A stretch of 23,901 nucleotides of DNA from NCBI GenBank assembly GCA_964623665.1, contig CAZUTM010000001.1, positions 56,129 through 80,029 on the forward strand. Direction: 5' to 3'. The DNA comes from an uncultured archaeon (GTDB lineage Archaea; Asgardarchaeota; Lokiarchaeia; Sigyniarchaeales; Promethearchaeaceae). This document shows, piece after piece, positions 17,901 through 23,901 of this stretch (positions within the stretch are counted from its first letter, which is position 1; each line of letters starts with the position of its first letter). The translations under genes were made by a program, and so were the position numbers. Under the pieces are notes generated by a model, which was given only the letters and a program-made list of their open reading frames with translations, was not told the DNA's origin and made no database searches.

Positions 17901-18968
17901 ATGCACCAAAATAGCAAAGGTCGTGTGTACAGCATTGTATTAATGGCAATTCTGATTTCGAGCCATGTATCGGTTTCTATTGCGGTTTGCCAAAGCGAGT
18001 TGAAAACTCTATCCGAAATTTGGATTCGTGACCCCAATATCGTGTTCTATGAAGGTAAGTATTATATGACCGGAACAACTGCTGATGATGGCTTTTTAGG
18101 CTTTAGTTCTTCCGATTTGGTGAATTGGGAGTCTCATGGATATATTTATCGCAAAAATGATTCGAATAGTTGGGCAAAAAGATTATTTTGGGCTGCCGAA
18201 ATTGTACCGTATAATGGAAAATTTTATCTTTTCTTTACCGCAGATAAAGAAGGCGGGATTCGTGGGACCGGAGTTGCCGTTTCCGATTCTGCCATGGGCC
18301 CATATGTTGATCTGATCCCCGAGCCTTTGACTCCTAAGGAATTTCATTGCTTGGATGGGCATGTGTTCAAGCATCCAAACGGTTCCCTTTATTTCTACTA
18401 TGTTTTCGAATGGATCAACAATGGTACTGGCGAAATGTGGGTTCAAGAGATCGCTCCGGACTTCAAAAGTCTGTTGGGCACGCCAAAATCGCTGTTTAAA
18501 GGTGGAGATGCCAAATGGTCCAATGGCGTCGTTGATGGGCCTTCCATGCTCTTCGTGAATAACACGTATTATTTGTTCTGGAGTTCGTTTAATAAAGAAA
18601 CAAATGGGCATTATTGCGCCGGATATGCCTCCGCATCGGATCCTTGGGGCCCCTTTACTCAATCCAATAGACCGGTGATTTGGGATGATTGCGGCCATTC
18701 GACATGGTTTATCGAGAATTCTACGGGAAAATTGAAAATCACATTTCACAAACCGAACGGGCCCATCGGGAGCGGAAATGAGCGTGCAGTAATAAAGGAT
18801 TTGTTATTCGATTCAAAACTGCGCACTTGGTACGTCTATCCGCCTGAGTCTGCATATCCGGAAAATGCATGGCTCGGTCCTGTGATGATGGTTTCGTTGG
18901 TGGTAGTTGTACTCGGAATTTCGGTGATCATAATTCGCAAATTAAAAAAAACGAAACATATTTCTTAA
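17901..18968 (+). CDS. GH43-family beta-propeller glycoside hydrolase, secreted and C-terminally membrane-anchored
   Basis: Signal-like VYSIVLMAILISSHVSVSIAV. GH43 blade motifs IRDPNIVFYEGKYYMTGT, WAAEIVPYNGKFYLFFTA, LDGHVFKHPNGSLYFYY and VDGPSMLFVNNTYYLFWS. C-terminal TM VMMVSLVVVVLGISVIII followed by RKLKK. Five N-x-S/T sequons. Confidence 0.85.
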   Translation: MHQNSKGRVYSIVLMAILISSHVSVSIAVCQSELKTLSEIWIRDPNIVFYEGKYYMTGTTADDGFLGFSSSDLVNWESHGYIYRKNDSNSWAKRLFWAAEIVPYNGKFYLFFTADKEGGIRGTGVAVSDSAMGPYVDLIPEPLTPKEFHCLDGHVFKHPNGSLYFYYVFEWINNGTGEMWVQEIAPDFKSLLGTPKSLFKGGDAKWSNGVVDGPSMLFVNNTYYLFWSSFNKETNGHYCAGYASASDPWGPFTQSNRPVIWDDCGHSTWFIENSTGKLKITFHKPNGPIGSGNERAVIKDLLFDSKLRTWYVYPPESAYPENAWLGPVMMVSLVVVVLGISVIIIRKLKKTKHIS

Positions 18969-19042
18969 AAATCGAAAATATAAATCTCAGTATTCAAGAT
19001 TGAAGCAATATTTAAATCATTTTTTCCCTTATTATCAATTAT

Positions 19043-19531
19043 ATGAATCTTTCTGAAGAAGAGAAGCGATTAATCGATGTCCGTGTTTATCCGATTCGAC
19101 CCCATATCGGCGTGGGCTGTATCATTCGCTATTATGATCAAATTTTGCTTATAAAGCGGAAATATGACCCCGAAGCGGGTAAATGGTCGATTCCGGGTGG
19201 GCATCTTGAGCTGGGCGAATCGCCGGAGGAAGGTGCGGCCAGAGAAGCAAAGGAAGAAGTTGGAATCGATGTGAAAATCATTGGATTATCCGGCGTCGTT
19301 AACAAAATTCTTAAAGATAATCACGGGAAGATAAAATACCATTATGTTTTGATTAATTTCTTTGCCGAACCTATATTAAATAAAAATCAAGGTGAACTCG
19401 TGATTCGGCCTTCAGAAGAATGCCTTGATGCAAAATTTGTATCGATCTCGGAATTAAACACCTTTGATTTAACCAAATCGCTTCTGGATCATTTTATCTT
19501 TTTGGGCTTAATGAATAAGCCATGCATGTGA
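19043..19531 (+). CDS. Nudix hydrolase
   Basis: Complete Nudix box GGHLELGESPEEGAAREAKEEVGI (G-x5-E-x7-REUxEExGU). Confidence 0.9.
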   Translation: MNLSEEEKRLIDVRVYPIRPHIGVGCIIRYYDQILLIKRKYDPEAGKWSIPGGHLELGESPEEGAAREAKEEVGIDVKIIGLSGVVNKILKDNHGKIKYHYVLINFFAEPILNKNQGELVIRPSEECLDAKFVSISELNTFDLTKSLLDHFIFLGLMNKPCM

Positions 19532-19540
19532 TTGTTTTTG

Positions 19541-19562
19541 TTTTTTTTTCATGAAAAAAAAA
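19541..19562. terminator. Bidirectional oligo-T terminator: perfect 22-nt palindrome T9-CATG-A9
   Basis: TTTTTTTTTCATGAAAAAAAAA read directly. It gives T9 to the plus-strand Nudix transcript 10 nt after its stop, and T9 to any minus-strand transcript coming from the RT gene. Confidence 0.5.
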
Positions 19563-19563
19563 G

Positions 19564-19574
19564 TTTTAATTTTT
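19564..19574 (+). promoter_or_regulatory. TATA-like box (TTTTAATTTTT) that could drive a plus-strand transcript starting near 19595
   Basis: An AT-only element centred about 26 nt upstream of the 5' arm of the terminal helix of the structured element. This is the spacing expected for archaeal TATA-to-TSS. It is weak evidence in AT-rich DNA. Confidence 0.25.
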
Positions 19575-19594
19575 GAATCTTCATTTTAGTTTTG

Positions 19595-19809
19595 TGTAGC
19601 TTTGGCGTTCTCGCAAGAGAAGGCGCGATGTATCATCGTGCAGGACCGATTGCGGTATTGCTGCATTCCATAACTCGGCGATCATTTATTCAAATAACTG
19701 CCGAGTTGAATGCTACGCACAATATTTAAACAAATATCGGCGTTGATGCGCCCTATTTTGTTTCAATTTGGTCGGTCGACCAAATATTTGACTCGAAAGC
19801 AAAGCTACA
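19595..19809. ncRNA. Candidate structured ncRNA of about 215 nt next to the RT gene (possible RT template/msr-msd analogue); strand unresolved
   Basis: A GC-enriched patch in AT-rich DNA. A 10-bp terminal helix pairs 19595-19604 (TGTAGCTTTG) with 19800-19809 (CAAAGCTACA). Internal hairpins: 19608-19612/19617-19621 with a GCAA (GNRA) loop; 19623-19630/19634-19641 (8 bp, one G-U); 19645-19648/19653-19656; 19672-19679/19700-19707 (8 bp perfect, AACTCGGC/GCCGAGTT); 19739-19742/19749-19752; 19767-19773/19778-19784. T6 lies at 19815-19820 in the plus sense and T9 at 19562-19554 in the minus sense. Confidence 0.5.
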
Positions 19810-19831
19810 TATTCTTTTTTCGCTTTCTTTG

Positions 19832-19865
19832 TTTTCTCTCTCGCTGTTTTCTTTTCTCTCTCGCT
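19832..19865. repeat. 14-nt direct repeat TTTTCTCTCTCGCT x2 (period 20) inside a strand-skewed pyrimidine tract (purine-rich on the RT strand)
   Basis: Identical copies at 19832-19845 and 19852-19865. The whole 19811-19890 stretch is almost entirely C/T on the plus strand. Confidence 0.85.
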
Positions 19866-19898
19866 TCTTTGTCTCATTCTCATTTCTGTGATCGTTAA

Positions 19899-21410
19899 TC
19901 ATTTTGGAGATCCATCGATCATTTTTTTAAATTTCTGTGCTTTTTGAGGATTCACCATGTGTAGAAATGCTATTTTTCCTTGAATCTCGTTCAGTTCCCG
20001 TTCCTTTTCTTCTTTTTGCAATCCTTCTTTGTTTTCATTGAATTGGTGGATTTGAGCCCGCAATTTCATACACCATTGCCTATCGGGGTTCAATTCATCA
20101 TTTACCACGATTCCGGTTATCCGTTTCTTATGACCCTTTCGGTAATACTTAATTTTTTCAAGATTGGGCTTTAATTCTTCATCCGTAATGATTCCTAAGG
20201 AATAATAGACCATTTTATCTAAATTATGAATTGTTTGCTTGGTTGAAATGGCAATGTCATCCGCATATCTCGTATATACAAAGCCCATTTTTGTCCAAAA
20301 AGCGTTGAGTCGTGCATCCAAATTTTTTGCGTAGAGATTTGCAATCATAGGGCTCGTTGGGGCGCCTTGAGGTGCATACCGCTTTTTTCGAAATACATCG
20401 GTGCATAAACACGCAAGAAGGCCTGCAACCGGTCTTCCGTATCCAAATCCTAGAAACACTTTGTAGACGTGAAGAAAGGAGAGGGAAGGAAAGAAATCTT
20501 CAAGATCGAGTTTGATCATCGATTCCGCTTTCAAATGCGGTTTTGCGTTATCAACAATCGATTTGCCGGTGCAAAAGCCTTTGCATACGTCCGGGACCTC
20601 GGATTTTTGAAGAATCTCCTTCAAAATCTTTTTTTGTATCATTTTCAATCGATATTTTGGTGCCGAAATCATTCTCATCTTGCCGTTCGCTTTGGGAATA
20701 AAATATCGTCGATAATGGGGCGAATTATATTCTCTCCATCTCGTTTTATTGAAAAGAAGATGCTTTTTCTTTATATAATATCTTGGGTTATCCGGATCTT
20801 GTGAATATGCATAGCCTAACAATTCGTTAACACTAATATTCAGAAAATATGCGAGATCTATTATTGTCGATACGTGCGGGAGTTCGGTTCCCGGCTTCAA
20901 ATTGAAAACAAACTTTCGAGGCATAGAAGTATATACAATTTTATTTAAATTTGGTCCGAAATATACTCTTTTCAACAAAGGAAACACAGATTCAATCATT
21001 TTTACTCGTTCGAAAGGTAGCTTTGGTGTATTTTTATTAATGGCGTTCAATAAAGAACGTTTAAATCGGGTGTGATATCTCATTGAATGGGCCTTGATTT
21101 TATTATTCACATCATTGGAATGGGCTTTTCTATTCACATTATACTTGAAATTGGCTCTTATCCTTATTTCATTAACAAACTTTTGAAAATCTGCGTCAGA
21201 ATCGGTTAAAATCTTCTCTTTTATTTTCTCTTCCAAAATAGGGAATAAGGATAGTTTGTATCTTTCTAATCTCCTTATCCTTGCTCTCGACGATGATTTC
21301 TTCTTTGAGCGACGCGTGTTCGCTTGATTGTAAAAATAAAGATTCAACACGATTATTATGAAGAAAATTAAAAACAGTGTAATCCACAAGAGAAGCAATG
21401 AGCCTTCCAT
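19899..21410 (-). CDS. Retron-type reverse transcriptase with an N-terminal transmembrane helix and basic extension
   Basis: RT motifs occur in order: YFIPKANGKMRMISAPKYRLKMIQKKIL (1-2), LDLEDFFPS (3), PQGAPTSPMIANLY (4), YTRYADDIAIS (5; YADD = 20256-20267) and KRITGIVVN (7, VTG-type). The retron-specific NAxxH (DNAKPH, 20535-20549) lies upstream of motif 3. The N-terminus has LLLLWITLFLIFFIIIVLNLYFY followed by RRSKKKSSSRARIRRLERYK. Confidence 0.9.
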   Translation of the reverse strand: MEGSLLLLWITLFLIFFIIIVLNLYFYNQANTRRSKKKSSSRARIRRLERYKLSLFPILEEKIKEKILTDSDADFQKFVNEIRIRANFKYNVNRKAHSNDVNNKIKAHSMRYHTRFKRSLLNAINKNTPKLPFERVKMIESVFPLLKRVYFGPNLNKIVYTSMPRKFVFNLKPGTELPHVSTIIDLAYFLNISVNELLGYAYSQDPDNPRYYIKKKHLLFNKTRWREYNSPHYRRYFIPKANGKMRMISAPKYRLKMIQKKILKEILQKSEVPDVCKGFCTGKSIVDNAKPHLKAESMIKLDLEDFFPSLSFLHVYKVFLGFGYGRPVAGLLACLCTDVFRKKRYAPQGAPTSPMIANLYAKNLDARLNAFWTKMGFVYTRYADDIAISTKQTIHNLDKMVYYSLGIITDEELKPNLEKIKYYRKGHKKRITGIVVNDELNPDRQWCMKLRAQIHQFNENKEGLQKEEKERELNEIQGKIAFLHMVNPQKAQKFKKMIDGSPK

Positions 21411-21430
21411 ACTTCTCTAGTGAGCCAAGT

Positions 21431-21442
21431 AAAATTTAAATG
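21431..21442 (-). promoter_or_regulatory. TATA-like box (minus sense CATTTAAATTTT) in the 36-nt gap upstream of the RT start
   Basis: It lies 21-32 nt upstream of ATG 21410, which would give a leaderless or very short-leader RT mRNA. This is weak evidence in AT-rich DNA. Confidence 0.3.
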
Positions 21443-21446
21443 TTAT

Positions 21447-22361
21447 TTAAGTTGATTTTGCGGAAGACCACACAATTCCGATGAAAATTAGCAAGGCTCC
21501 GATAGCAAACGCAAGCGTCAAATATTCCTGTCCAAAGAAGATTCCGAAAAGGACTGCAAATACCGGTTCCAGCGAGTACATGATGGCGGCCCGGGTTGAG
21601 TCAATAAATTTTTGGGCCCAGGTTTGGATCATGAGTGTCAATGTGGTTGAGCAAACTCCAAGATAGACCAAGCCCCAAATGATAATCGATGTGAAATCTT
21701 CGATAATAAGCCGTTCGCCCGCTATCCATGAGGCCAGAAACATGAAGATGCTTATGAGAATCATTTGTATCATGATGAATGCGAATATATCCACTTTTTT
21801 TACGTATTTTTCAATGAGAACGATTTGAATTGCGTTGAAAAATGCGCCCAAAATCACCAAAATATCGCCAATATTGGGTGCAAGTTCGAGATCCGCAGAA
21901 TTTGCATTTCCGAATATCATTATGGACATTCCGATCATCGCGACTGCAACCGCACCGATTTGATGCTTTTTTATTGGCGATTTGATGAGGAAATAGGCAA
22001 TAAACGGCACAAATACAACATATAAACAAGTTAGAAAAGCGCCTTTGTTCGATGTGGTATATTGAAGGCCGTAGGTTAAGAAGGCTAAGAGGAAGAAGAA
22101 CACTATGGCGCTTATTGATCCGCCTTCAACGGTGGTTTTGTTTAAACGCTTTAATCGACCCCACACGGGTGCGAAAGCGAGAAACGCAATTACATGCCGG
22201 ATTCCTTGAAATAATAGCGGAGGAATTTGTTCCACAGATTCTTTTATGAGAAGGTATTGCGAGCCCCAAATAATGGTGGCGAGGATTACTAAAATGATTG
22301 CGATCGTTTTTTTCATTTGCAGATCAGAGTTAGGTGCTTCTGGTGGTATCTCGCTTTCCAT
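21447..22361 (-). CDS. EamA/DMT-superfamily transporter (10-TM type)
   Basis: Two-fold repeated hydrophobic architecture. The N-terminal IIWGSQYLLIKESVEQIPPLLFQGIRHVIAF is typical of EamA domains. The start may be Met16 (MKKTIAI). Confidence 0.85.
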   Translation of the reverse strand: MESEIPPEAPNSDLQMKKTIAIILVILATIIWGSQYLLIKESVEQIPPLLFQGIRHVIAFLAFAPVWGRLKRLNKTTVEGGSISAIVFFFLLAFLTYGLQYTTSNKGAFLTCLYVVFVPFIAYFLIKSPIKKHQIGAVAVAMIGMSIMIFGNANSADLELAPNIGDILVILGAFFNAIQIVLIEKYVKKVDIFAFIMIQMILISIFMFLASWIAGERLIIEDFTSIIIWGLVYLGVCSTTLTLMIQTWAQKFIDSTRAAIMYSLEPVFAVLFGIFFGQEYLTLAFAIGALLIFIGIVWSSAKST

Positions 22362-22465
22362 ACGGGCAGAAAGCTTAACGGCTATAAGAAGGAATGGAAT
22401 TTCGGATTTTTCAAGAGTGCTAGCAAAGCACTTTAAGTATCGGTGTCCTTTGTTTACCGATTGAG

Positions 22466-23901
22466 TTGAAGCAAAAAATTACGATTCATGTGGTGGCCCA
22501 GTCGCATATCGATCTTGCGTGGTGGTGGCGTTTTGATCCCGAAACCATCAATGTGTGTACCAAACTCACTTTTGGGCCTGCGACCGAACATATGGATCGC
22601 TTTTCTGACTATCATTTTTCTCAAAGTCAAGTGCCTTTATATCGTGCGACCGAGCAGATTTATCCCGAGATCTTTTCAAAAATCGAGACTTATCTCAAAG
22701 AGGGTCGTTGGGAAATCGTGGGCGGGATGTTTTGCGAGGCGGAAGGCGGTGAACCTTGCGGAGAATCTCTTGTTCGGCAAATTATTTATGGAAAAAAATA
22801 TTGGAAACAGCGTTTCGGTGTTGATGTGAGAACCGGGTGGCAAGAAGATAGCTGGACGCACCCGTGGCAATTACCACAAATCATGAAAAAAGCCGGTATC
22901 GACTATTATATGTTTATTCGTTGTCTCGGGTCTTACAAACATCCGCTTTTTTGGTGGGAGTCTCCGGATGGGTCGAAAATCCTTGCACACCGGCCACTGT
23001 TGCAACAATGGAATTATCCAAATATTAAATGGAAATTATATGCGAAAAAGATAGCAAAAAAATATGGGATTTCCGATGTTATGATTATGATCGGGAAAGG
23101 AGATCATGGCGGTGGGCCTAAAACCAAGGAAATCGAAAAGATATTGAAATTCAGAACCAAAAATAAAAAGAGTTTTGATGTTAAATTTAATCGTTTTGAT
23201 AAATATATGGATCTCATTTCGAAAAACCCCGATTTTCCGGTATTGAAAACGGAGCTGGCTCATGAATTGGTGGGCGATCTCACAAATGTTGGAGAAATTA
23301 AAAGAGAGAATCGGGAATTGGAACAATTGCTTCTTTCAACCGAAAAATGGGCTACTATTGCTTCTTTATTATCTCCACAAATCTTTCGATTTCCACAAAA
23401 GGAGTTCGATGATGCATGGGAGTTGCTGCTCTTCAATCAATTTCATGACATCATCGGCGGAAGCGGGCTCCTCGAAGTTCATCTCGATGCATTCCGGGAT
23501 TTCGGAAAAATTCGTAGACTATTAACCGAGATATGGGCTATAACCAAGGATTCGATTATTAAATCCGCGTCCAACCGTGCAGAAAAAACCGAGGGGTGTA
23601 TTGACACAGTAGTGATTTTTAATTCGGTTTCATGGGACCGAACGGAGTATGTTGAGTTAGACCTTATGGACAACGAAGCGGAAGATTATATCATCGAAGA
23701 TAGCCATGGAAACCGATATTCTTACCAAAAAGTTCAAAAGGATTTCAAACCAACGCTGCTTACTCAAGTAAATTTGCCTTCTTTTGGCTTCATAACGCTT
23801 TTCATAAAATATATTACGGGTTCCGATAGGGGATTTAATCATTCGTGTTCGGGTGTGCAATCGAATCAAGAGGGTTCGGGTGTGCAATCGAATCAAGAGG
23901 G
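22466..23901 (+). CDS. GH38 alpha-mannosidase, N-terminal about 478 codons (runs off the right edge)
   Basis: Absent from the ORF track (non-ATG start, no stop in the window). My translation of the frame containing GTG 22490 gives ITIHVVAQSHIDLAWWWRFDPE, EGRWEIVGGMFCEAEG, WQEDSWTHPWQLPQIMKKAGIDYYMF and LFNQFHDIIGGSG, all GH38 hallmarks. The in-frame stop is at 22421-22423 and no ATG occurs before the HVV motif, so the start is TTG 22466 (MKQKITIHVV) or GTG 22490. Confidence 0.85.
   Translation, partial: MKQKITIHVVAQSHIDLAWWWRFDPETINVCTKLTFGPATEHMDRFSDYHFSQSQVPLYRATEQIYPEIFSKIETYLKEGRWEIVGGMFCEAEGGEPCGESLVRQIIYGKKYWKQRFGVDVRTGWQEDSWTHPWQLPQIMKKAGIDYYMFIRCLGSYKHPLFWWESPDGSKILAHRPLLQQWNYPNIKWKLYAKKIAKKYGISDVMIMIGKGDHGGGPKTKEIEKILKFRTKNKKSFDVKFNRFDKYMDLISKNPDFPVLKTELAHELVGDLTNVGEIKRENRELEQLLLSTEKWATIASLLSPQIFRFPQKEFDDAWELLLFNQFHDIIGGSGLLEVHLDAFRDFGKIRRLLTEIWAITKDSIIKSASNRAEKTEGCIDTVVIFNSVSWDRTEYVELDLMDNEAEDYIIEDSHGNRYSYQKVQKDFKPTLLTQVNLPSFGFITLFIKYITGSDRGFNHSCSGVQSNQEGSGVQSNQE
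23847..23901 (+). repeat. Perfect 27-bp in-frame tandem repeat (2 copies plus 1 nt at the window edge) inside the GH38 ORF
   Basis: GTTCGGGTGTGCAATCGAATCAAGAGG occurs at 23847-23873 and 23874-23900. It encodes SGVQSNQEG twice. The true copy number is unknown because the window ends. Confidence 0.9.

Noticed and set aside
19043-19531. The Nudix hydrolase as a dedicated effector of the RT system
   Set aside because: Only proximity supports this. The gene is convergent, is separated by a bidirectional terminator, and belongs to a ubiquitous housekeeping family. It is kept as a hypothesis in the locus finding, not as a call.
19595-19809. The structured element as SRP RNA, RNase P RNA, tRNA or C/D sRNA
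   Set aside because: I found no GGAA-capped helix-8-like motif, no GAGGAAAGUCC-type CR-I, no cloverleaf with a T-loop, and no clear C/D boxes. The length of about 215 nt is also short for SRP or RNase P RNA. This needs an Rfam scan to be definitive.
19710-19898. Track ORF 19710-19898 (+), 62 aa
   Set aside because: It starts inside the hairpin-rich element and mostly translates the C/T tract (FFFRFLCFLSRCFLFSLASLS). That is a compositional artefact.
19899-21410. The RT as a group II intron maturase, DGR RT or CRISPR-associated RT
   Set aside because: It has NAxxH and VTG-type retron signatures and QGAPTSP in motif 4. It lacks the DGR-style motif, a maturase X or endonuclease domain, and recognisable intron domain V/VI in the flanks. 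I saw no template/variable repeat pair and no cas genes.
22488-22829. Track ORF 22488-22829 (+), 113 aa, and antisense ORFs 22676-22870, 23036-23326, 23479-23673 and 23657-23896
   Set aside because: All overlap the GH38 reading frame, which has strong family motifs. They are out of frame or antisense and show no motifs.

Overview
AT-rich archaeal chromosomal segment. It is almost certainly from an Asgard (Lokiarchaeia-type) archaeon, because 9164-10312 (-) encodes a eukaryote-like actin (lokiactin-type). I support 16 protein genes. Two are absent from the ORF track because they run off the window edges: a membrane protein at 1-903 (-) and a GH38 alpha-mannosidase at 22466-23901 (+), which appears to use a TTG or GTG start. 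Recognisable products are a PIG-L/LmbE deacetylase, two GH43-like beta-propeller hydrolases, actin, a HIT protein, a U32-family protein, a membrane GNAT, a Nudix hydrolase, an EamA transporter and GH38. Orphans are a 1193-aa helical protein, a sequon-rich surface protein, a kinase-like 407-aa protein and a 580-aa coiled-coil protein with a Q/N-rich linker. The strongest candidate for something new is at 19541-21446. It is a reverse transcriptase with retron-specific signatures (NAxxH, YADD, VTG-type triad) and an N-terminal transmembrane helix plus a basic extension. There is no room for an upstream ncRNA. Instead a roughly 215-nt GC-enriched, multi-hairpin element closed by a 10-bp terminal helix lies just 3' of the RT gene, beyond a purine/pyrimidine-skewed spacer. 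Three unrelated perfect tandem repeats (50/56 bp, 60 bp, 27 bp) are also present. No rRNA, tRNA, CRISPR array, transposase or integrase was recognised. All calls come from reading the sequence and recalling family motifs; no searches were run.
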